Of a DNA stretch of 64,000 nt, positions 1-9,146 are shown piece by piece. The stretch's first letter is position 1. Every line of letters starts with the position of its first letter. The position numbers and the translations under genes are program-made. Under the pieces are notes generated by a model. It made no database searches. It was given only the letters and a program-made list of their open reading frames with translations, and was not told the origin of the DNA. The DNA is from Clostridiales bacterium (GTDB lineage Bacteria > Bacillota > Clostridia > Oscillospirales > UBA644): the NCBI GenBank assembly GCA_016281915.1, contig JAEEJO010000077.1:65508-129507 (forward strand). Reading direction: 5' to 3'.

Positions 1-1631
1 TTCTTGAAGACCCCAAAACAGGCAACGTAATAGCTATAATCGGCGGACGCGGTGAAAAGAAAGAGGCTCTCGGTCTTAACCGTGTTACGATGTCTCAGCG
101 TCAGCCCGGTTCTTCTATCAAACCTCTTACCGTTTACGGACAGGCTATCGAACGAAATCTCATTACGGCAGCAACCGCCGTAGACGATGCTCCGATCAAA
201 ATAAACATAGACCCGAAAACCAAATACGAAAAATACAACGACTTCAGTATATCTTCGGAATACGACCTTTCTTCCCTTGTTTACACGTCATATCAGGGCT
301 GGCCGCTGAACTACGACAGAAAATACAGAGGACTTGTAGACGTCAAAATCGCGCTTTCAAACTCATATAATGCGCCTTCAGCCCGTGTACTGAACCTTGT
401 CGGTATAGAAGACAGCTTTAATTTCGCAAAGAATATGCTCGGGCTTTCAAGCCTTGTTGACGCAGACAAAAACGAGGCTCCGCTCAGCGTCGGCTCTTTA
501 ACATACGGCGTTACTGTTCAGGAAATGGTCTCGGCTTACACAGTTTTTGCAAATTCGGGGATCTATTCCGCTTCAAGATGCGTAACCCGCGTTGAAACCT
601 ACAACGGCAAAATAATTCTTGAAAACGACGTTGACCGCTCCATAGTCTTTACGCCGCAGACCGCATATCTTATAACCGATATCCTTCAGCGCGCCGTAAC
701 CGTCGGTACGAGCGCTGTTGCAAACCTCTATGACTCTGACGAAGGTATTTTTATAGATACCGCCGGTAAATCAGGTACTACCACTTCATTCAACGACCGT
801 TGGTTTATCGGCTATACCCCGTATTATATCGCCGGAATCTGGTGGGGCTTTGATAAAAACACATACGGAACCACCGAAAACACCGAGCATATCCGCATGT
901 GGCACGAAGTTATGAAATACGTCCATCAGAGCAAGGGCATAAACGAAGCAACGTTTGCCGTTCCGGACGGAATCGTTACCTGCTCATACTGCTCTGTAAG
1001 CGGAAAACTTGCGGGACCATACTGTTCTTCCGACCCGTCGGGTTCATCGACCGTAAAAACAGGTAAATTCAAGAGCGGAACTCAACCCACCGAAACGTGC
1101 GACGTCCATCATCAGCTTTACGTCTGCACCGAAACCGGCCAGATCGCATGCGATGCATGTCCTAACGCAAAACTTGCCACGTTCAGGGATATCATGAGAA
1201 GTTATCCTTATACTTATATTACTACAGGCGACTCGGAATACATTTGTCCGCCGCTTGCAAGCAATCAGATACTTTATAACAGTCAAACGCTTCCTGCATA
1301 TTCCTATCTTGTTCCCGAAGGCGAGTATCCTACGCTTTCCAACGTATCAAAGAAATCATATAAAAACTGTATATGCTCTGTTCACGGCTATCAGGGCGCT
1401 CATTATTATATGTATAAATTCTCATCCGGAACTACTGATGAAGAAACATATGAAAACGTTGCTGTCCCGCCCGATCTGCTTACTCCTAAAGAGCTTGCTC
1501 AGGTGCAGAACCACGAAACTGATATAGAGCTTTCTCGTCAGATCTACACGATCACCAACGGTACTGTAATTGTTGACGGAACAGAAATGTATGAGCTTTT
1601 CCCTGACCTTTATCCCGCGCCGTCGAACTGA
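1..1631 (+). CDS. class A penicillin-binding protein (PBP1A-type), transpeptidase half plus C-terminal tail; the 5' end lies left of the window
   Basis: The reading frame is open to the window edge (frame 3 reads LEDPKTGNVIAIIGGRGEK before the listed Met at 90). Transpeptidase motifs are present: RQPGSSIKP (SxxK), NSYNAP (SxN) and AGKSGTT (K-T/S-G). A Cys-rich tail follows. Confidence 0.9.
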   Translation, partial: LEDPKTGNVIAIIGGRGEKKEALGLNRVTMSQRQPGSSIKPLTVYGQAIERNLITAATAVDDAPIKINIDPKTKYEKYNDFSISSEYDLSSLVYTSYQGWPLNYDRKYRGLVDVKIALSNSYNAPSARVLNLVGIEDSFNFAKNMLGLSSLVDADKNEAPLSVGSLTYGVTVQEMVSAYTVFANSGIYSASRCVTRVETYNGKIILENDVDRSIVFTPQTAYLITDILQRAVTVGTSAVANLYDSDEGIFIDTAGKSGTTTSFNDRWFIGYTPYYIAGIWWGFDKNTYGTTENTEHIRMWHEVMKYVHQSKGINEATFAVPDGIVTCSYCSVSGKLAGPYCSSDPSGSSTVKTGKFKSGTQPTETCDVHHQLYVCTETGQIACDACPNAKLATFRDIMRSYPYTYITTGDSEYICPPLASNQILYNSQTLPAYSYLVPEGEYPTLSNVSKKSYKNCICSVHGYQGAHYYMYKFSSGTTDEETYENVAVPPDLLTPKELAQVQNHETDIELSRQIYTITNGTVIVDGTEMYELFPDLYPAPSN

Positions 1632-1690
1632 TATTCAATTTTACATTATCTTTTTACACTTCTGACTCTATTTTAAATGGGAGGCACGTT

Positions 1691-3061
1691 ATGGCAGAAG
1701 ATCTCGATATGTTCAATGAAGACTACAATCACAGCTATTCCGAAGAAAAAAATTATGTAGCGCCTACAGATCCGCTTGTAAAGCAGAAACTCGAATGGTT
1801 CCAGGATCAGAAACTCGGCTTTATGATGCACTGGGGTCCTTACAGCGAATGGGGCTTTATCGAATCATGGGCGCTTCCTGATGAAGATACGTCATGGGTC
1901 AAATTTGACTACGGTCCCTTCGCATCAAGAGAAGAATTCAAAAAAGCATACGTCGATCTCAATAAAACGTTCAATCCCGTTTGGTTCGAGCCTGATAAAT
2001 GGGCGCAGATCGCCGAGAGAAACTGCTTCAAATACCTTCTTTTTACAACCAAGCACCATGACGGCTTCTGTATGTGGGATACCGCATATTCAGACTATAA
2101 AATAACTGCGCCCGACTGTCCGTTCCACACCAATAAAAACGCCGATATCTGCAAAAACCTTTTTGAAGCGTTCAGAAATCATGGAATGGGCATTGCCGCA
2201 TACTTCTCAAAAGCCGACTGGCATACTCCGTATTACTGGGCTCCCGGAATGGAACACAGCGCGTGGACAAGCAGAAACCCGACGTATGATACAGAGAAAT
2301 ATCCGTGGCTCTGGGAGCAGTTTGTAAAGTTTACGGAAAACCAGATACTTGAGCTTATGACTCGATACGGCAAGATTGATTCTCTTTGGCTCGATGCCGG
2401 ACAGGTCCGTCCCGACAACCCCAGATGCAAACAGGATATCCGTCTTTCCGAGATCGTAGCAAAAGCAAGAAAGTATCAGCCGGGTCTTCTTGTCGCAGAC
2501 AGAACGGTCGGCGGTGAAAACGAGAATTACGTCACGCCCGAACAGACTGTTCCCGCAAAACCCCTCGGTATTCCCTGGGAAAGCTGCGTAACTCTCGGAG
2601 GTTCCTTCGCATTCAACTATGACGATGAATACAGATCTCCGCGCGCACTTGTAAGACTTCTTGCTGATATAGTTGCAAAGGGCGGAAATCTTGCTTTGAA
2701 TATCGCGCCCAGACCTGACGGCAAACTTCCCACAAAAGGCGTCAGAGCGCTTGACGGTTTCGGCGCATGGCTCCGTAAAAACGGAGATGCCATATTCAAC
2801 ACCCGTGTATGTGTTCCTTACAGGACCGGCAAATATGCATATACTCAGAATCTTAAAACAAACACATATTACGCAATCTATCTTGCGGATGAAAATGAGA
2901 AACCCGAGGAATTTGAAATCCCGTTCAATAAACGCGTAGGTAAGATCACGTTTAATGGCGCTGACGTGCCTTTCAGACACGAAAACAACAGAATTTCATT
3001 CAGTATCTCATCCGATTATCCCGAGGAAGAGGCATATGTATTTACAATGAAGGGCGAATAA
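1691..3061 (+). CDS. alpha-L-fucosidase, GH29 family, no signal peptide
   Basis: 456 aa with GH29-typical blocks MHWGPYSEWG, FTTKHHDGFCMWDT and SLWLDAG. A GGGAGG RBS sits 6 nt upstream of the ATG. Confidence 0.9.
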   Translation: MAEDLDMFNEDYNHSYSEEKNYVAPTDPLVKQKLEWFQDQKLGFMMHWGPYSEWGFIESWALPDEDTSWVKFDYGPFASREEFKKAYVDLNKTFNPVWFEPDKWAQIAERNCFKYLLFTTKHHDGFCMWDTAYSDYKITAPDCPFHTNKNADICKNLFEAFRNHGMGIAAYFSKADWHTPYYWAPGMEHSAWTSRNPTYDTEKYPWLWEQFVKFTENQILELMTRYGKIDSLWLDAGQVRPDNPRCKQDIRLSEIVAKARKYQPGLLVADRTVGGENENYVTPEQTVPAKPLGIPWESCVTLGGSFAFNYDDEYRSPRALVRLLADIVAKGGNLALNIAPRPDGKLPTKGVRALDGFGAWLRKNGDAIFNTRVCVPYRTGKYAYTQNLKTNTYYAIYLADENEKPEEFEIPFNKRVGKITFNGADVPFRHENNRISFSISSDYPEEEAYVFTMKGE

Positions 3062-3075
3062 CGCCTTTTTCTGGA

Positions 3076-5697
3076 GTGTTTAACTTGAAAAACAACATTT
3101 CGAAAATCTTCTGTTATCTGCTTGTTTTTGCTTATGCAGCTGCAAATCTCACGTTTCTTACGCCGTTTTCTGCTGCTACGCCTTTATATCAGGCAGGATA
3201 TACTTTTGACGACACGTCAAATCTCAAATGGGATCTGGGGGGCAAATACCCTTTGATCGAACGTGATTTCAGCCCGTTTGAGCCTATTTACGGTAAGTCC
3301 GGCAACGCGGTAAGCGCTTATTTTTCGCTTGATCAGGCGATGTTTTCAAAAATAACCGAACTTACTATGGGGTTCTGGATCAATTTCTCTTCATTTGACG
3401 CATATTATGATTCGCGCCTGTTTTATGTCGGCAACGGCAACGAAACATACGCATATCTCTCTCTTGACTATGTGTCAAACGACAGAACTCTCCTCCTGAA
3501 ACTATTTGACGGTCGCTACAGCGAAACTCTTGTTGCCGATGTTTCTCCCGAAATCACACTTTCGGGGTGGCATCATATCGTTTTTACATTCGATTCAGCA
3601 GGACGCTCGAATAAGCTTACTTTATACGTTGACGGTTATACCCGTGCGTCAAAAACTGTCGACGCTACTCTTGAAACACTCACAAACAACGTTATTTTCT
3701 TCACCGACTTCGTTATAGACGATCTTTATATCTCAAACAACGCCCTTTCGTCTGAAAATGTCCTTCAGCTTACTACGATGAATCTTATGGATTTCTTTAC
3801 TTCAATGGGCGGTGAGATAAGCGAAGTAATACCCGAAGAGCCCGAAAATCCCGGTGAACATACCGAAGATCCGAATCCTCAAGGTCCCGAAAATCCCGAT
3901 GATCCGTTTACTCCTTCCGAAGAAGAGCCCGGAGAAGAGGAGGGGTGGAGACCTCCCGAAAACCTTGACAGGATCAAGTTTTCATGGCTTGCTTATACAT
4001 TTGATTCCACATATGATATTTCAAGAGACCTGAATAAAACAACGTCGGCAGTGATCAATGAATTTGCCGTAACTAAAATATCGACAACAGATTACAAAGG
4101 TTCTTTTGGATACGGATTAACCAAAAGGAACGGCACTGCCCCTAAGCAGTATCTGAAGCTTAATCCCGGTCTTCTTTATCAGGCAGACGCCTTTACTTTC
4201 TGTGCATGGGTTTACAGAATTGCCGATAAAAACGACACTTTTTATCAGTATTCCCCTGTCAAACTTCTCGATTTCTCCGGCTACGGAAAATTCGAGTTTT
4301 CTCCGTTCAAAACATCTGAAGTTCCTCCTGAAATATACAACACTCTCGTTCCTTCCGAATCAACCGTCGACAACACGGAAGAAAGCACCCTGACACCGAC
4401 AGTTACCGAACAGACTGCGCAGGAAGAACCTCTTAAAATCGATTTCACGGATGCTCCTGTGCTTGAATTCGCCGCAGACGCCGCATTCCCGACTACAAAT
4501 CAGCTTTCCAAAACAAGCATAAACAGCATAAACGGCAAATGGGTCCATTATGCTCTTTCTTACAGTCAGACGGGTGAGGTCAAGATCTACGTCAACGGAA
4601 ATTTGACTGATACTTTCCGCACCGGATATCCGTTTTCAGCTCTTCAGATAACCGATTTCAAGATCCTATCCGGCTCCGAGATATTTGACACCGGAAAATA
4701 CGTCATAGATGAGATCTATCTTGCCTCAAGAGTAGTCGATGCATCGGATATCAGAAAGATCAGAGCATACGGAATAAAACGTTTTACAACGGAAGTCCTT
4801 CCCGATCCGTCACCCGAAAGCTCGTCGTCTCCGACATCCACACCCATTGAAAATAACGACCTTCGCCCTGATGATACAGATAATCTTGAAGATTCCTATA
4901 CAGAGAAAGGCGAGATTTCCGGTTATATCGGCACGACGTTTGACGATACTTCACTTATCGGAAAAGACCTTAATAATTCCGTTATTGCCGTTATAAGAAA
5001 CGCAAGCCTTTCTCAGGGCATAAAAAATTACGGTCTGACGCTTGACGGTATAAACTCTTATATCCGTTATCCTATCGGAATACTCGATACTGCAACCGAG
5101 CTTACTTTAAGCATTGCATATAACTGGGCAGGCAATACGTCGTCTGTAAATCAAAAGCTTATCTATTTTGCAAAAAAATCAAGTTCTATTTCAAAACCGT
5201 CCGCATATCTGCTTCTTGATATGGGCAACGGAACAGACGGTCTTTCGTTTGAGCTGTTTGACGGCAGCGTAAAAACGACACTTAAATCAAATACTTCACT
5301 TTCAAACGAGTGGGTAAGAGCAACCGTTACGCTCAAAGATGGCACAGCCCGACTTTATATCAACGGTGCGCTTGTTGATCAGGCGTCAACGTCCATAACT
5401 CCCGCTTCAATTGCACCTAACTATAATTATATAGGTAAGAGCGGAGTAAAAGGGGAGCCGCTTTTCAAGGGCGTTGTCGACGATATTTATATTTCTCCCA
5501 CGGCGCTGACCGCCAGAGAAATACAGGATTTTGAGGAACACGGTATCGAACCGTATACTCCGACCGAAAACGTTGTCGAAAAAAATGAAGACGAAAACGA
5601 CATCTGGGATACCATAATCAACGGCGTAGTTATTGCCACAGGCGTTCTGATCTTCATAATCATAATCGTTATCATAGTTACGATTTTCAAAAAGTAA
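3076..5697 (+). CDS. membrane-anchored surface protein with three LamG/concanavalin-like lectin modules
   Basis: 873 aa with an N-terminal signal-like segment (IFCYLLVFAYAAA). Three modules each start (Y/T)TFD.T and end V(I/V)D(D/E)(L/I)Y(I/L). There are acidic Pro-rich linkers and a C-terminal TM helix followed by FKK. The true start may be TTG 3085, which is 8 nt after GGAG. Confidence 0.75.
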   Translation: MFNLKNNISKIFCYLLVFAYAAANLTFLTPFSAATPLYQAGYTFDDTSNLKWDLGGKYPLIERDFSPFEPIYGKSGNAVSAYFSLDQAMFSKITELTMGFWINFSSFDAYYDSRLFYVGNGNETYAYLSLDYVSNDRTLLLKLFDGRYSETLVADVSPEITLSGWHHIVFTFDSAGRSNKLTLYVDGYTRASKTVDATLETLTNNVIFFTDFVIDDLYISNNALSSENVLQLTTMNLMDFFTSMGGEISEVIPEEPENPGEHTEDPNPQGPENPDDPFTPSEEEPGEEEGWRPPENLDRIKFSWLAYTFDSTYDISRDLNKTTSAVINEFAVTKISTTDYKGSFGYGLTKRNGTAPKQYLKLNPGLLYQADAFTFCAWVYRIADKNDTFYQYSPVKLLDFSGYGKFEFSPFKTSEVPPEIYNTLVPSESTVDNTEESTLTPTVTEQTAQEEPLKIDFTDAPVLEFAADAAFPTTNQLSKTSINSINGKWVHYALSYSQTGEVKIYVNGNLTDTFRTGYPFSALQITDFKILSGSEIFDTGKYVIDEIYLASRVVDASDIRKIRAYGIKRFTTEVLPDPSPESSSSPTSTPIENNDLRPDDTDNLEDSYTEKGEISGYIGTTFDDTSLIGKDLNNSVIAVIRNASLSQGIKNYGLTLDGINSYIRYPIGILDTATELTLSIAYNWAGNTSSVNQKLIYFAKKSSSISKPSAYLLLDMGNGTDGLSFELFDGSVKTTLKSNTSLSNEWVRATVTLKDGTARLYINGALVDQASTSITPASIAPNYNYIGKSGVKGEPLFKGVVDDIYISPTALTAREIQDFEEHGIEPYTPTENVVEKNEDENDIWDTIINGVVIATGVLIFIIIIVIIVTIFKK

Positions 5698-5731
5698 AAT
5701 AAAAATTCCATATATTAAGGAGAAAACTGTC

Positions 5732-6775
5732 ATGTCCACAATCATGAAAAAAGAAATCTTTGAAGAACCTCAGGCTATGGAACGCTGCCTCAAGTCCAAC
5801 GAGGCAACTCTCGATAAGCTTGCGGAAACGCTTAAAACGTCCGGAATAACTAACGTTATCGTTGCGGCAAGAGGAACCTCCGATCACGCAGGCATCTATG
5901 GTAAGTATATTATCGAAACAATACTCGGTATCCCTGTCGGATTATCCGCTTGTTCAACATCGACTCTTTACGGTTCAAAACTCAACTACAAAAATATGCT
6001 CGTGATAGGCATTTCCCAGTCAGGTGCTGCCGCAGATGTCCTCGAAATAATCAACGATGCCAAAGAAACAGGCGCTATAACTCTTACTATTACAAATAAT
6101 CTGGAGTCTCCGCTTGCAGCCGCAGCAGATTTTCATCTTTACTGCGACGCCGGACATGAAGCAAGCGTTGCTGCTACAAAAACGTTCAGCACACAGCTCT
6201 ATCTTATTGCAGAACTTGTTGCAAGATGGGCAGGAAGAAACGATATCCTCAAAAAGCTCGAAGCTGTTCCCAGAGGCGTTGCTCAGATACTTCTTCAGGA
6301 CGCTGCAATCGCTCAGATCGCAACGCGCTACCGTTTCATGGAAGAAGCGTTCATTCTTTCAAGAGGCATAAACTATCCTCTTGCACTTGAAGCTACGCTC
6401 AAGATACAGGAAACTAACTACGTTCGCGCAAAAGCATATCCTATTTCAGATTTCCATCACGGTCCCTTCGCAATGGTAAGTGAAGGCATGCCTGTTTTCA
6501 TGTATATGTCAGACGGACCTGTAAAAAACGATGCAATGGTCATGATAGAAAAACTTCAGAACGTCGGCGCAGACCTGTTTATGGTTTCTGATGACGACTC
6601 TCTCCTTGCCCAGGGCGATCTCGGCTTTAAGATTCCCGAAACCGACAAGGAAGATATGATCGCATCGTTCTATTTCGCAACGTTTGCTCAGCTCTTTGCC
6701 GCAAATCTTGCGGAAGTAAAAGGTCGCAACCCCGATGCGCCGCGAGGACTCAAAAAGATTACAGTTACAAAATAA
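5732..6775 (+). CDS. SIS-domain sugar-phosphate isomerase/deaminase (GlmS-isomerase-like; NagB-II/AgaS/FrlB class)
   Basis: 347 aa with two SIS modules, motif GISQSGAAADV and no glutaminase domain. An AAGGAG RBS is present. Confidence 0.85.
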   Translation: MSTIMKKEIFEEPQAMERCLKSNEATLDKLAETLKTSGITNVIVAARGTSDHAGIYGKYIIETILGIPVGLSACSTSTLYGSKLNYKNMLVIGISQSGAAADVLEIINDAKETGAITLTITNNLESPLAAAADFHLYCDAGHEASVAATKTFSTQLYLIAELVARWAGRNDILKKLEAVPRGVAQILLQDAAIAQIATRYRFMEEAFILSRGINYPLALEATLKIQETNYVRAKAYPISDFHHGPFAMVSEGMPVFMYMSDGPVKNDAMVMIEKLQNVGADLFMVSDDDSLLAQGDLGFKIPETDKEDMIASFYFATFAQLFAANLAEVKGRNPDAPRGLKKITVTK

Positions 6776-6805
6776 AACCGTAATTAGATAATAGGAGTAT
6801 TTATT

Positions 6806-8179
6806 ATGGAACTCAAAATAAAAGCACCGCTCGACCCCGGTTTTGAACCGATGTCTGTTGTCTGCCGCGAGTTTGCAAAAGCGGTTGATGCCGAAGGCGG
6901 AGAAGATATCGTTATCGGCGTAGTAAGAAACAAGGGATATATCTCAACGTATAAGACCCGCATATTCAAAAACGGACATGAAAAAGAAAACAATAAATAC
7001 GTTGAAAGAATCGTAAAAACCATGCTCTGGATCAAGGGCGGTTACAAAGTAATAATTGCCGGTCCGAAGGCAGTTGCGGATTATATAAAATCTGCGTATT
7101 CCGAAGGCGGTCTTCGTGATTTTGACGCTAAATTCATGGCGCGTGTATACGAACATCCTTTTGAGGTAGAGCACGTCGCGCTTGAAAGCGCACCTGAAAC
7201 ATATGAAACAACAAGCCCTATCGGCAGACATCTTGACGGATGCAGAATCGGCTTTGATGCAGGCGGATCCGACAGAAAGGTCAGCGCTGTAGTAAACGGT
7301 GAAACAGTTTATTCCGAAGAAGTTATCTGGCATCCTAAAACACAGACAGATCCCTCTTATCATTACAACGGCATCCTTGACGCAATGAAAACCGCTGCTT
7401 CAAAAATGCCTCGCGTAGATGCCATTGGCGTTTCTTCCGCAGGCGTGTATGTCGATAACCGTATAATGGTCGCATCTCTTTTCATCAAGGTCAATGATGA
7501 TGACTTCAACAGATGCGTAAAAGACATGTATATAAACGTCGCCAAAGAAATAGGGGAGAATATACCTCTCGAAGTAGCCAATGACGGCGACGTTACCGCT
7601 CTTGCAGGCGCGATGGACCTTAATGATACCGAGGTTCTCGGCGTTGCAATGGGAACGTCCGAAGCGGGCGGATATGTAGACAGCAAGGGTAATATTACCG
7701 GCTGGCTCAACGAGCTTGCTTTCGTTCCGGTAGATTATAATGAAGCTGCTATGGTCGACGAGTGGTCCGGCGACTACGGATGCGGCGTCAAGTATTTTTC
7801 TCAGGACGGCGTTATCAAACTTGCACCCGCTGCAGGAATCGAACTTGACGATTCACTCACTCTTGCAGAGAAGCTTAAATTCGTCCAGGGTCTACAGAAA
7901 AACAACGATCCCCGCGCAGCAAAAATATACGAGACTATCGGCGTTTACTTCGGCTACGGAATTGCATACTATGCGCAGTTCTATGATATAAAACACGTTC
8001 TTATCATGGGTCGAGTAACTTCCGGCGAAGGCGGAGTTATCCTTCTTGATAAGGCAAACGAAGTCCTTAAAACCGAATTTCCCGATCTTGCAAATAAGAT
8101 CCAGCTTCACATTCCCGATGAATCAAGCCGCCGCGTAGGTCAGTCTATCGCAGCAGCATCTCTCCCCGAAATCAAATAA
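6806..8179 (+). CDS. ROK/ASKHA-type sugar kinase-like protein with an N-terminal extension of about 130 aa
   Basis: 457 aa with phosphate-1-like GFDAGGSDRK, ROK-like ANDGDVTALAG and GTSEAGG. I did not see the classical CxCGxxGC zinc motif. Confidence 0.65.
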   Translation: MELKIKAPLDPGFEPMSVVCREFAKAVDAEGGEDIVIGVVRNKGYISTYKTRIFKNGHEKENNKYVERIVKTMLWIKGGYKVIIAGPKAVADYIKSAYSEGGLRDFDAKFMARVYEHPFEVEHVALESAPETYETTSPIGRHLDGCRIGFDAGGSDRKVSAVVNGETVYSEEVIWHPKTQTDPSYHYNGILDAMKTAASKMPRVDAIGVSSAGVYVDNRIMVASLFIKVNDDDFNRCVKDMYINVAKEIGENIPLEVANDGDVTALAGAMDLNDTEVLGVAMGTSEAGGYVDSKGNITGWLNELAFVPVDYNEAAMVDEWSGDYGCGVKYFSQDGVIKLAPAAGIELDDSLTLAEKLKFVQGLQKNNDPRAAKIYETIGVYFGYGIAYYAQFYDIKHVLIMGRVTSGEGGVILLDKANEVLKTEFPDLANKIQLHIPDESSRRVGQSIAAASLPEIK

Positions 8180-8200
8180 ATCAACAAAGAGGTATAAATT

Positions 8201-9049
8201 ATGAAACTTAATGATAAAGCCGAAATATATATCTGGGACGGAACTCCCGAAAAAGAAGCTCTTGCACGCACAACGTGCCTTGGCATTTCAGCACACCAGG
8301 ACGATATAGAGCTTATGTCATGGGCAGGCATTCTCGACTGCTTCGGCAAAAAAGACAAATGGTTTTCCGCAATTGTTACCGCTGACGGCGCAGGAAGCCC
8401 GAGAACAGGTCTTTATGCAGACTACACTAACGAGCAGATGATGGAAGTCCGCAGACTTGAACAGAAAAAGGCAGCATTCGTCGGCGAATACGCAGCTCTT
8501 GCTCTTCTCAACTACACCTCCTCTGCAATCAAAGACGGCTCGAACCGTGACGTTATTGAAGACTATAAAGAGCTTTTCAAAGCAATGAGACCCGAAGTTG
8601 TTTTCACTCACAATCTTGCAGATAAACACGACACACATATAGGTGTCGTAACAAAGGTTATCAAGGCTATCCGCGAACTTGATCCTGAAGACAGACCGCA
8701 CAAAGTATACGGCGGTGAAGTCTGGAGAAGCCTTGACTGGGTAAATGACGAAGAAAAAACAGTATTTGACGTAACAGCCCATCAGAATATGGCAGCTTCA
8801 CTCGTTTCGCTTTTCGACTCTCAGGTCGCAGGCGGAAAACGCTATGATCTCGCTACTCAGGGCAGGCGTGTCGCAAACGCAACGTATTATGCATCCCACG
8901 GCACCGATACCGCAGAAAGCCTTATGTATGCAATGGATCTTACCCCGCTTATAGAAGATCCCGATCTTGATATCGTTGAATATGTCAATAAATATATTGA
9001 CAGTTTCAAAAAGGATGTCAACGACCGCATACTTAAGGTGACCAAATAG
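8201..9049 (+). CDS. PIG-L/LmbE family N-acetylglucosaminyl deacetylase
   Basis: 282 aa with ISAHQDDIEL (an AHPDDE-type motif) and the zinc motif HNLADKHDTH. Confidence 0.8.
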   Translation: MKLNDKAEIYIWDGTPEKEALARTTCLGISAHQDDIELMSWAGILDCFGKKDKWFSAIVTADGAGSPRTGLYADYTNEQMMEVRRLEQKKAAFVGEYAALALLNYTSSAIKDGSNRDVIEDYKELFKAMRPEVVFTHNLADKHDTHIGVVTKVIKAIRELDPEDRPHKVYGGEVWRSLDWVNDEEKTVFDVTAHQNMAASLVSLFDSQVAGGKRYDLATQGRRVANATYYASHGTDTAESLMYAMDLTPLIEDPDLDIVEYVNKYIDSFKKDVNDRILKVTK

Positions 9050-9060
9050 CTTATTCCTTT

Positions 9061-9099
9061 CATATCGGGGCAGATATGCTCCGATATGACGCCTTTTTT
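9061..9099 (+). terminator. hairpin plus T-run after the PIG-L gene (possible partial terminator)
   Basis: 12-bp stem 9061-9072/9077-9088 with a GATA loop. A T6 run follows after a 5-nt spacer. Confidence 0.5.
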
Positions 9100-9146
9100 C
9101 AACGCACTCAACTGCCGTAAGCATTCATATAAAGGAGATTGTTAAA

